This document shows, piece by piece, positions 9,431-17,834 of a stretch of DNA of 64,000 nt (its first letter is position 1; every line of letters starts with the position of its first letter). The position numbers and the translations under genes were made by a program. Origin of the DNA: Clostridia bacterium (GTDB taxonomy: Bacteria > Bacillota > Clostridia > UBA1381). The DNA lies in the NCBI GenBank assembly GCA_017621875.1, contig JAGASE010000003.1, positions 5,473 through 69,472 of the forward strand, read 5' to 3'. A model generated the notes under the pieces. It was not told the DNA's origin and made no database searches. It saw nothing but the letters and a program-made list of their open reading frames with translations.

Positions 9431-9569
9431 TTAATTAGAAAATCAAATCTGACTCTGACGGTAAAGGGATTCCTGCACGGAAAGATGAAGGTGTCATTTA
9501 TATTATACAAGATACCTCTGTCTTTTTCGGCAGAGGTTATTATATTGGGAAAACGAAAGGAATGATTTT

Positions 9570-10988
9570 ATGTATAATCCGAAATCAATGAAGGCAGAGG
9601 AATTTATCTCTCATGACGAAGTTCTCGACACCCTCAAATATGCCGATGAAAATAAAGATAATTTTGAGCTTATTGACGCTCTTATCGAAAAAGCAGCCGA
9701 GAGAAAAGGACTTTCGCACCGAGAGGCATCTGTTCTGCTTGCCTGCGAGGACGAGGTGCGTATTCAAAAAATATACAGCCTTGCCGAACAGATTAAAAAG
9801 GACTTTTACGGCAACCGTATCGTAATGTTCGCACCGCTGTATCTGTCAAACTATTGCGTAAACGGCTGTACCTACTGCCCGTATCACGCAAAAAACAAGC
9901 ACATTGCTCGCAAAAAGCTTACGCAGGAGGATATCGTGCGTGAGGTAACGGCTCTGCAGGATATGGGACACAAGCGTCTTGCCATTGAGGCAGGCGAGCA
10001 CCCAACGATGAACCCGATTGAATATATCCTTGAATCAATTAATACCATCTATTCAATCAAGCACAAAAACGGTGCTATTCGTCGTGTTAACGTAAATATT
10101 GCGGCAACCACTGTTGAAAACTACAGAAAGCTCAAGGACGCCGGAATCGGAACATATATTCTTTTCCAGGAAACCTACCACAAGGAAAGCTATGAAAAGC
10201 TGCACCCGACAGGTCCTAAGCATGACTATGCGTACCACACCGAGGCAATGGACCGTGCCATGGAGGGCGGCATTGACGACGTAGGCTTGGGCGTACTGTT
10301 CGGACTGGAGCTTTATCGGTACGAGTTTGCGGCACTACTCATGCACGCAGAGCATCTTGAGGCAGTTCACAATGTAGGTCCGCACACAATCAGTGTTCCG
10401 CGAATTAAACATGCCGACGATATCGACCCTACCGCATTTGACAACAGCATCAGTGATGAAATATTTGCAAAGCTATGTGCACTTATCCGCATAAGCGTGC
10501 CGTATACAGGCATGATTATTTCCACACGCGAATCAAAAGAGGTACGCGAGAAGGTTATACGCCTTGGAGTATCGCAGATAAGCGGTGCATCCCGAACCAG
10601 CGTGGGCGGCTACGACGCTCCTGAAGAGGAGGACGATTGCTCCGAGCAGTTTGACGTAAGTGATAAGCGTACTCTTGACCAGGTTGTAAAATGGCTCATG
10701 GAGCTGGGATATATCCCGTCCTTCTGCACTGCCTGCTACCGCGAGGGACGTACCGGTGACCGCTTTATGACGCTGCTTAAAAACGGACAAATTCAGAACT
10801 GCTGTCACCCCAACGCTTTGATGACGCTTAAGGAATATTTGATGGATTACGCCTCGGAGGAAACAAGAGAAATCGGCGAAAAGCTTATTATTGCCGAGCT
10901 TGAAAATATCCCAAAGGAAAATGTGCGTAAAATATGCGAAGAAAACCTCAGAAAAATCGGCGAGGGTATCCGCGATTTCAGATTCTAA
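9570..10988 (+). CDS. hydG: [FeFe]-hydrogenase H-cluster maturase HydG (radical SAM tyrosine lyase)
   Basis: It has the radical SAM motif CVNGCTYCPY. It also has the HydG-type C-terminal cysteine cluster SFCTACYREGRTGDRFM...NCCHPNA. The length of 472 aa fits HydG rather than ThiH. Confidence 0.85.
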   Translation: MYNPKSMKAEEFISHDEVLDTLKYADENKDNFELIDALIEKAAERKGLSHREASVLLACEDEVRIQKIYSLAEQIKKDFYGNRIVMFAPLYLSNYCVNGCTYCPYHAKNKHIARKKLTQEDIVREVTALQDMGHKRLAIEAGEHPTMNPIEYILESINTIYSIKHKNGAIRRVNVNIAATTVENYRKLKDAGIGTYILFQETYHKESYEKLHPTGPKHDYAYHTEAMDRAMEGGIDDVGLGVLFGLELYRYEFAALLMHAEHLEAVHNVGPHTISVPRIKHADDIDPTAFDNSISDEIFAKLCALIRISVPYTGMIISTRESKEVREKVIRLGVSQISGASRTSVGGYDAPEEEDDCSEQFDVSDKRTLDQVVKWLMELGYIPSFCTACYREGRTGDRFMTLLKNGQIQNCCHPNALMTLKEYLMDYASEETREIGEKLIIAELENIPKENVRKICEENLRKIGEGIRDFRF

Positions 10989-11046
10989 AGATTTCATAAG
11001 TCAAAAAGTGCTGCACGAGCGTGCGGCACTTTTTAATTATATACTT

Positions 11047-13545
11047 TTATTTTTCCATTCTTTTGCTTACCGCCTTTTGCAGCTCCACAATAACAATAGG
11101 CAGCACCGACAATACTGCAACAATCACCCATTGTGTTCCCGTTAGCGGTGTTACTTTAAACAGCTTTGCCAAGACGCTTATGTTCACTACACAAGCCTGC
11201 ATCAAAATTCCTGCCGCAAGCGACACCAAAAGCATAGGGTTTCGGAAAAATTCTTTGTTTAAAACCGAGCCTTCGCTCCGCATATTAAACGCATGGAAAA
11301 GCTGCGACATTGACAGCACGCAAAACGCCATTGTTCTGGCGATTTGAGGTGACGTCCCCATATCGAACAGGTTATGCCCTATCGAAAATGCAAGAAGTGC
11401 AAGCGCTCCTATCATGCCGCCCTCAACGCAAATCGACGCCCACAAGCCATCCGCAAACAGACTTTTTTTCGGATTTCTCGGTTTTCTGAGCATTATCCCC
11501 TCATCAACCGGGTCAAGTCCCAGTGCAATCGCCGGCAAAGAATCGGTTACAAGGTTTACCCAAAGCAGCTGAATTGCCAAAAGCGGCGGCTCCCAGCCGA
11601 ACAGCATACCTATAAAAATCGTAATAACCTCGCCTATATTTGACGAAAGCAGGAATTGTATAGATTTTTTTATATTTTCAAAAATCCCTCTGCCCTCACG
11701 TACCGCCGCAACAATCGTTGCAAAATTATCGTCCGCCAGAACAAGGTCGGAAGCCTCCTTTGCAACATCTGTACCCTTCATTCCCATACTGCAGCCGATA
11801 TCTGCAGCTTTTAAAGCCGGTGCGTCGTTGACACCGTCACCCGTCATTGCCACAACATCTCCGTTTTTCTTAAATGCCTTGATAATCCGCATTTTATCCG
11901 CAGGTGTAACTCTGGCAAAAATTCTATACCCGCAAATTTCCTCATCGCTTTTTTCGGCAAGCTCCTCGCCGGTGAGAGCCTTGCCGCAGATTCCCACCTG
12001 CTGTGCAACAGCCTCCGCCGTAATTTTGTTATCGCCTGTAATCATAACAGGCTTTATGCCTGCACGAATACATTCGCTTACCGACCGCTGCACCTCCGGT
12101 CTCGGCGGATCCATCATTCCGATAAGCCCCGTAAAAACCAAGCCGCTTTCGCTTATGCTGCTCTGCATCGTGTCCTTATATGCCACGCCGATAACACGCA
12201 AAGCCGCCTCGCCCATTCGCCGCACGTCTGCAAGAATTTGTCTTCTTTTCGGCTCAGTCAGCTCGCACATCGCACCATTTTCGATGCAATGCGTACATTT
12301 TTTCAGCAAAATTTCCGCTGCACCCTTGGTTATTATTCGCCTTTTACCGTAGTACATAACCATAACGCTCATCAGCTTACGCTTGGAATCAAAGGGCAGC
12401 TCGCAAATGCGTGAATGTCCCTGCACATCGCTGATTCCGAGCCGCTTTGCTTCATTTAAAATTGCCGCCTCGGTAGGGTTTGCTGTGCCGTCGCAGCATA
12501 GCGACGCCATCTCAAACAGCTGCAGCTTATCCTCTGCCACACTTTCGGTAACGGTCATGCGATTTTGTGTGAGTGTCCCCGTTTTATCGGCACAAATTAC
12601 GGTTGCACCACCCAATGACTCCACAGCAGAGAGCTGCTTTACAATGGATTTTTTCTTTGCCATTCGCTGTACTCCCATTGCAAGCACCACCGTAACTATT
12701 GCCGGAAGTCCCTCAGGGATTGCCGCTACCGCAAGACTTACCGAAGTCAAAAACATTGAAAAAGGCGGCATATTTTTTAAAAGTCCCATAACGAAAATAA
12801 CTGCACAAATCGCAAGTGCTCCTATGCCTAAGTATTTGCCTGTTTCCGCCAGTTTTTTCTGCAGTGGTGTCGGCTCTTCCGCCTCGCTTGTCAGCATATC
12901 AGCAATTCTGCCCATTTCCGTGTCCATTCCTATTGCTGTAACAATCGCCTCCGCCTTTCCCTGTATAATGCAGGTGGAGGCAAAGACCATGTTCCGACGC
13001 TCGGCAAGAGGCGTAAATTCGTCAAGAACACAGTCACTTTCCTTGCCTGCCGGCATCGCCTCGCCTGTCAGGGTGGATTCATCGGCTTCGAGATTGACCG
13101 CCTTTAAAAGACGTGCATCGGCACTTACGCAGTCACCCGTTTTAAGCAGCAGTACATCGCCTATACGTACCTCCTCGGAGGGTATTGTCATAAGCTTTCC
13201 GCCGCGTCTTACCTCCGCCTGCGGCGATGACATTTTTTTGAGTGCCTCAATAGCGTTGTCCGCTTTGCTTTCCTCAAATACACCAAGTACCGCGTTTAAT
13301 ATCACAATCGCTAAAATTATTATAGGATCAAGAAAATCGCTCTCCTCTCCTATAACAGACACAAAAAAGGAGATAGCCGCGGCAATCAGCAGTATTATTG
13401 TCATAAAATCGGAAAACTGCATGAAAAATCGTTGTAAAAGACTTTTTTTCTTTTTTGTACGCAAACAATTTTTGACCCGTACATCAAAGCCTGTGCGGGA
13501 TATGTACTCTGCAGCTTCTGCTGCCGTCATCGCATAAAAGTTCAT
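11047..13545 (-). CDS. Calcium-translocating P-type ATPase (P2A/PMCA-SERCA-like)
   Basis: It has DKTGTLT, TGDN and GDGVNDAPALK motifs and 10 predicted TM segments. The start is chosen at ATG 13545 (MNFYAMTAAEA...), which has GAGGG upstream. The longest ORF extends to 13581. Confidence 0.9.
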   Translation of the reverse strand: MNFYAMTAAEAAEYISRTGFDVRVKNCLRTKKKKSLLQRFFMQFSDFMTIILLIAAAISFFVSVIGEESDFLDPIIILAIVILNAVLGVFEESKADNAIEALKKMSSPQAEVRRGGKLMTIPSEEVRIGDVLLLKTGDCVSADARLLKAVNLEADESTLTGEAMPAGKESDCVLDEFTPLAERRNMVFASTCIIQGKAEAIVTAIGMDTEMGRIADMLTSEAEEPTPLQKKLAETGKYLGIGALAICAVIFVMGLLKNMPPFSMFLTSVSLAVAAIPEGLPAIVTVVLAMGVQRMAKKKSIVKQLSAVESLGGATVICADKTGTLTQNRMTVTESVAEDKLQLFEMASLCCDGTANPTEAAILNEAKRLGISDVQGHSRICELPFDSKRKLMSVMVMYYGKRRIITKGAAEILLKKCTHCIENGAMCELTEPKRRQILADVRRMGEAALRVIGVAYKDTMQSSISESGLVFTGLIGMMDPPRPEVQRSVSECIRAGIKPVMITGDNKITAEAVAQQVGICGKALTGEELAEKSDEEICGYRIFARVTPADKMRIIKAFKKNGDVVAMTGDGVNDAPALKAADIGCSMGMKGTDVAKEASDLVLADDNFATIVAAVREGRGIFENIKKSIQFLLSSNIGEVITIFIGMLFGWEPPLLAIQLLWVNLVTDSLPAIALGLDPVDEGIMLRKPRNPKKSLFADGLWASICVEGGMIGALALLAFSIGHNLFDMGTSPQIARTMAFCVLSMSQLFHAFNMRSEGSVLNKEFFRNPMLLVSLAAGILMQACVVNISVLAKLFKVTPLTGTQWVIVAVLSVLPIVIVELQKAVSKRMEK

Positions 13546-13627
13546 TAAAATCAATCCCTCTCTGTTTATTCTTACTAACATTACTATGTTTTTTTAGTAT
13601 AATTATGCAAAGTTTTTTGTGTCCCTA

Positions 13628-13655
13628 TTGCAATTTCCAAAACCTGTGGTATAAT
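13628..13655 (+). promoter_or_regulatory. Sigma-70 promoter for the Y1-transposase-like gene
   Basis: TTGCAA, a 16 nt spacer, then TATAAT. It is flanked by two GTGTCCCTA boxes (about 13618 and about 13712). Confidence 0.45.
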
Positions 13656-13740
13656 AACAACAAGGGGTGCTGTACTGCAGCGAAAACGAGGTATAAATAA
13701 TTTAATTATTAGTGTCCCTAATAACAAAAGAGGTGATTAT

Positions 13741-14511
13741 ATGGCTCGAAAAGGCAGAGTTTTAAGTGACATAGGAATTTATCATATTCTTCTGCGCGGT
13801 GTAAACGTACTTTTTGAAAGCGACGCGGATTTTAATGAATTTACGGCTATTCTCCAAAGATATTCCGAGGATAAAAGCGTACAGATTTTTTCCTATACAC
13901 TTTTGAAAAACAGAATTCATTTGGTTATTTACTCAGACAGTGATATCGGCAAAGCGTTAAAGCCGATTTGTACAAGCTATGCAAGATACTTTAACCGCAC
14001 CTACGGCGGTAGCGGAAAACTGTTTTATGACCGTTTCAAAAGCGAGCCGATTAATTCAAATGATGAGCTTCGCAGTGCAGTTGGCTTTGTAAATGCAATT
14101 TCGGCAAAATCCGCCAGCGACTATCCCTACTGCTCCCTTTCGGACGCCGGCAGAAAAATTTGCACAGGAAGCGGCAGACTTACCGCTGCTGAACTCACCG
14201 CCGCTCAAGTTACCGAAATGTACATAGAGGACTATGATTGTCTGTCCCCAAAAGAAATTTCTGAATATATTACGGATATATGCGGCATCGCACCAAAGGA
14301 TTTCAAGACACTTGAAAAGCAGCAGCTTGATGCGGCTCTTGAAAGGCTTACAAAAAAGCGCTGGATTTCACGCACTAAGCTGTACGATATTTTGGGCATC
14401 AAAAAAATCCAGACAAAACCATCGGCTCCAAAGACCACGCCAAAGCCTGCTCCAAAGACTGAGCCGCAGCCGAGACAGCAGAAGCAGGAGCTGAGCGTTT
14501 GGCTTTTATAA
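13741..14511 (+). CDS. IS200/IS605-type Y1 (HUH) transposase-domain protein, apparently catalytically degenerate, with a basic and proline-rich C-terminal extension
   Basis: IYHILLRGVN...FSYTLLKNRIHLVIY...YARYFNRTYGGSGKLFYDRFKSEPI matches the Y1_Tnp / COG1943 fold pattern. No IS ends or partner tnpB are visible. Confidence 0.65.
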   Translation: MARKGRVLSDIGIYHILLRGVNVLFESDADFNEFTAILQRYSEDKSVQIFSYTLLKNRIHLVIYSDSDIGKALKPICTSYARYFNRTYGGSGKLFYDRFKSEPINSNDELRSAVGFVNAISAKSASDYPYCSLSDAGRKICTGSGRLTAAELTAAQVTEMYIEDYDCLSPKEISEYITDICGIAPKDFKTLEKQQLDAALERLTKKRWISRTKLYDILGIKKIQTKPSAPKTTPKPAPKTEPQPRQQKQELSVWLL

Positions 14512-14521
14512 GGAGGATAAC

Positions 14522-15100
14522 ATGAACAAAAAGCTTAAATACACAATTTTCGGACAAATACTTCATACACTCACATCACATGCCGGCATTGCGGTTATGT
14601 TTGCGTTTTTATGGCTCATTATGATTGCAGTGTGGACTACAAAAATAGGCGGTTATGCTTTTGGAATAATAGGCATACTTACATATTTCCTTGCAATATA
14701 TAACGCCGGCTGCGACGCTGCACTGGACGACAAAAAGCCGTATAGTCCGTTAACGCCAAAGCCTGCCAAAGGCTTAATTTTGCCGGTTCTGCTCACCGCC
14801 GTGAACATTTTATTCATCGTTCTTTACAAATGCTCATGGGCGTTTGGCTCTACTGACGGCTACATCAAGGAGGTGTGGGCAATTATAGGAAATATACTTT
14901 CAATATTGTGGTTTTCTATGTATAAAACCTTCCTTGGCATGGAAAGAGGACATTTTGAGCTTCAGGGATATCTAATCATTCTCATTCTGCCGTTTATCGC
15001 TTCGGCTTTGGGTTACTTTGCAGGATACAACGGATATGATATCTACGGCAAACTCAACAGCCTGGCTTATGAAAAAAGCAAAAAAAAGAAAAAGAAATAA
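14522..15100 (+). CDS. Hypothetical integral membrane protein (about 5 TM, poly-Lys tail)
   Basis: It has a hydrophobic segment pattern and appears translationally coupled to the upstream gene, with GGAGGA 5 nt upstream. Confidence 0.6.
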   Translation: MNKKLKYTIFGQILHTLTSHAGIAVMFAFLWLIMIAVWTTKIGGYAFGIIGILTYFLAIYNAGCDAALDDKKPYSPLTPKPAKGLILPVLLTAVNILFIVLYKCSWAFGSTDGYIKEVWAIIGNILSILWFSMYKTFLGMERGHFELQGYLIILILPFIASALGYFAGYNGYDIYGKLNSLAYEKSKKKKKK

Positions 15101-15113
15101 AATGTATCTGATC

Positions 15114-15150
15114 AAACGCAGGCCTATGCATAACCTGCGTTTTCTTTTTT
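15114..15150. terminator. Bidirectional terminator between convergent genes
   Basis: AAACGCAGG...CCTGCGTTT is followed by TCTTTTTT. Confidence 0.65.
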
Positions 15151-15173
15151 GCGTATATATAATAGGAAGAAAG

Positions 15174-15440
15174 TCAGACAAACCGCGATACTATAAATAT
15201 GCCCACGCCGAGCAAAATAACTCCTGCAGAGACTATTCCTGCAGCAAGCCGCGTATTATTCCTCGCAACCGGCTTTACCATGGTTTTTGTTCCCATATAT
15301 TTTTCAACAATCCTCTCTGCCTCAAGCATTACATTTGTGTCACTTTCCCCTGCAGTGTCCTTTAAAATTAAAATCGCCTGCGAAATTAAAGCTGAATTTA
15401 CATTTTTTAGTATAACAACCCTATGAGTAGTGTTTTTCAT
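15174..15440 (-). CDS. Hypothetical small protein with a C-terminal membrane anchor
   Basis: The 88 aa product has a soluble N-terminal region and a C-terminal TM segment (LAAGIVSAGVILLGVGIFIVSRFV). Confidence 0.5.
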   Translation of the reverse strand: MKNTTHRVVILKNVNSALISQAILILKDTAGESDTNVMLEAERIVEKYMGTKTMVKPVARNNTRLAAGIVSAGVILLGVGIFIVSRFV

Positions 15441-15734
15441 TCCAAAATTCCCCTTTCATATTCTATATGTAGTGGTTGTGCTTTTAACATTTTTGTAATA
15501 TTTATCTTTTTCTCTTAACACCCCTTATTATGGTCTAAAATTGCCGTTTATATACCATTTTTTCATGATTTTGCCGTATTTTCGAGCGAAAAAATGGGTG
15601 AAAATATTTTTTCCAATTATTCACATTTGTAAAAACTTCTAATTTTATTATGCAATATGCACAAAAACACCAAATATTTATGTCAAAAAATGTTGCTTAA
15701 TTCGGTCAAATGCAACAATTTTGTAATAAAATGC

Positions 15735-15763
15735 TTGACTTGTACATAATATAGTTATATAAT
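15735..15763 (+). promoter_or_regulatory. Sigma-70 promoter for the yabE-like gene
   Basis: TTGACT, a 17 nt spacer, then TATAAT. Confidence 0.55.
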
Positions 15764-15791
15764 ATGCGGGAAGGTATAGGAGGAAAGAAAA

Positions 15792-16853
15792 ATGTTTTTT
15801 AATAAAAAAGGCAGTAAGTCAGCAGCAATGCTTACTAAATTTATTGCCGTATTTATGTCAGCAGTAGTATTTAGCCTTCTGACCGGTGCAGTTATAGACC
15901 TGCAGGCAAAGCAGGTTACACTGGTTATGGTTGATGCATTTGCTGACAGCGAGAAAACACAGGAACTGACCACCAGACAAAACACCGTATCCGAATTTTT
16001 GGAGGAAAATGAAATAAAGCTCGGCGAGTTTGATAAGCTCAGCATGCTGCCGGAGGATGAGCTCTACAGCGGTGCAAGACTTATCATCAGAAAGGGCAGA
16101 AATTTTATCCTCAATATTGACGGAAATATAGAAATTATTACAACAACAAAGAAAACCATAAGAGAGGCCTTTGAGGAAGCCGGGGTTTCTGTCAGCGGAA
16201 TTGACAGAGTAGAGCCGTCTTTAGACAGCGAGGTCACTGAGGATATGCAGGTAAGCGTATTTCGCGTTGCTCATCAGGAAATCACCGAGGATAAGGAAAT
16301 TCCTTTCACAAGCAAGGAGGTTTCCGACTCAAGTCTTGAAAAGGGCAAAACAAGAATTAAAGTAAAAGGCGTTAACGGTCTTAAGCGGACAACCTACTCA
16401 GTTACAACAGAAAACGGTGTTGAAACAAAGCGTGAGGTCATTTCCGAGGTTACTGTAAAAGAGCCGACAGCTCAGGTTGTTGCTGTTGGTACAAAGGCAA
16501 AGGCGTCCTCGAGCGGCAAGAAGACTGTTACCACAGCTGCAGGCAAGAGCCTGAGCTATTCAAAAAAGCTTACCGTTACCGCAACAGCGTATACCGCTGC
16601 AGCAGGTAAGAAAACAGCTTCCGGCAGAGTTGCTGAATACGGCGTTATAGCGGTTGACCCGAAAGTAATTCCACTCGGAACAAAGCTGTACGTTGAATCT
16701 ACCGATGACGGTAAGTCATGGCAGTACGGATACTGCGTTGCAGGCGATACCGGCGGTGCCATAAAGGGAAACAAAATTGATTTGTATTATAATTCCAAAA
16801 GCCAATGCTTGCAATTTGGCAGAAGAAGTGCTATAGTATATGTATTAAATTAA
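15792..16853 (+). CDS. yabE: YabE/RpfB-like cell-wall protein (DUF348 repeats, G5 domain, C-terminal 3D domain)
   Basis: It has an N-terminal TM segment. The G5-like segment is KEIPFTSKEV..GKTRIKVKGVNGLKRTTYSVTTENGVE. The 3D-domain motifs are TATAYT...GVIAVDPKVIPLGTKLYVE...AGDTGGAIKGNKIDLY. It sits upstream of rsmA as in Bacillus. Confidence 0.8.
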   Translation: MFFNKKGSKSAAMLTKFIAVFMSAVVFSLLTGAVIDLQAKQVTLVMVDAFADSEKTQELTTRQNTVSEFLEENEIKLGEFDKLSMLPEDELYSGARLIIRKGRNFILNIDGNIEIITTTKKTIREAFEEAGVSVSGIDRVEPSLDSEVTEDMQVSVFRVAHQEITEDKEIPFTSKEVSDSSLEKGKTRIKVKGVNGLKRTTYSVTTENGVETKREVISEVTVKEPTAQVVAVGTKAKASSSGKKTVTTAAGKSLSYSKKLTVTATAYTAAAGKKTASGRVAEYGVIAVDPKVIPLGTKLYVESTDDGKSWQYGYCVAGDTGGAIKGNKIDLYYNSKSQCLQFGRRSAIVYVLN

Positions 16854-16884
16854 AAATGAGGATGATTTAATCATCCTCTTTTTT
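16854..16884 (+). terminator. Rho-independent terminator after the yabE-like gene
   Basis: GAGGATGA-TTTAA-TCATCCTC followed by TTTTTT. Confidence 0.7.
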
Positions 16885-16914
16885 GTTCATACAGAGATTT
16901 GAAAGGATAAAGCT

Positions 16915-17772
16915 ATGGATTTAACATCACCGAGAGTAATTAAGGATATTGCAGCGAGATTTGATTTTGGTTTTTCAAAGGGGTTGGGACAAAACTTTCT
17001 TTTAGATGATGGCGTGCTGGATAAAATTGTTGACGCTGCCGATATTGACTGTGGCGTGCTTGAGGTAGGTCCCGGCTTCGGCGTGCTTACAAAGCGGCTT
17101 TGCGAAACGGGCAAAAAGGTTGTTTCGGTAGAAATTGACAAGCGGCTTATACCTGTCCTCGATTTCACCCTTGCAGAGTTTGATAACGTGAAGATTATAG
17201 AAAAGGACATTTTAAAAACCGATGTTGCAGAGCTTATAAAAACCGAGTTTGGCGATGAAAAAATCAGCGTTGCGGCAAATCTGCCCTACTACATCACCAC
17301 TCCTATTATAACCAAGCTGATTGAAGAAAAGCTGCCTCTTAAAAACATTGTAGTAATGGTACAGCGTGAGGTTGCAGAGCGAATCTGTGCCAAGCCGGGC
17401 AAAAAGGATTACGGTGCAATCAGTGTGTTGTGTCAATACTACACAAACCCTTATCTTGTGACAATTGTTCCTGCCGGCAGCTTTTATCCACCGCCCAAGG
17501 TCGATTCCGCGGTTCTTTGCATGGAGGTATGCGAGACGCCCAACGTCAAAACAAAAGACGAAAAATTGTTCTTTAAGGTGGTAAAAGCAGCGTTTGCACA
17601 ACGCAGAAAAACTCTGCTCAACTGTCTTTCAAGCGGATTTTCTGCCGACAAGCAGACAATTTGCGAGCTGATTTCCGTGGCCGGAATCGAGCCGGGTATA
17701 CGCGGCGAAAAGCTGGGGCTTGCGGAATTTGCAAAAATTGCAGACGTATTTTTTGATGCAGGCATCGAATAA
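16915..17772 (+). CDS. rsmA: 16S rRNA (adenine1518/1519-N6)-dimethyltransferase RsmA/KsgA
   Basis: It has FSKGLGQNFL, VLEVGPGFGVLT (the SAM motif) and ANLPYYITTPI. Confidence 0.92.
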   Translation: MDLTSPRVIKDIAARFDFGFSKGLGQNFLLDDGVLDKIVDAADIDCGVLEVGPGFGVLTKRLCETGKKVVSVEIDKRLIPVLDFTLAEFDNVKIIEKDILKTDVAELIKTEFGDEKISVAANLPYYITTPIITKLIEEKLPLKNIVVMVQREVAERICAKPGKKDYGAISVLCQYYTNPYLVTIVPAGSFYPPPKVDSAVLCMEVCETPNVKTKDEKLFFKVVKAAFAQRRKTLLNCLSSGFSADKQTICELISVAGIEPGIRGEKLGLAEFAKIADVFFDAGIE

Positions 17773-17834
17773 TTCGCATCACGTTACAATCAGCAATAAT
17801 ACGGGTATAAATATCTATAAGGAGTGTGACTGAA

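Noticed and set aside
9446-9475. Two ACGG motifs in the hydG leader, reminiscent of the guanidine-II (mini-ykkC) riboswitch.
   Set aside because: Neither ACGG sits in the loop of a GC-closed hairpin, the flanks are not complementary, and the downstream gene is not a guanidine-related transporter.
11828-13537. Long plus-strand ORFs (174 aa and 384 aa) inside the P-type ATPase gene.
   Set aside because: They are shadow ORFs antisense to a gene with unambiguous P-type ATPase motifs. Their Ser/Ala/Ile-rich translations are typical of antisense frames.
15441-15791. Possible ydaO-type (cyclic-di-AMP) riboswitch upstream of the yabE/rpf-like gene.
   Set aside because: The 350-nt region is AT-rich and lacks the conserved ACGGGGA / CCCA-type cores. 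Only a standard promoter is evident.
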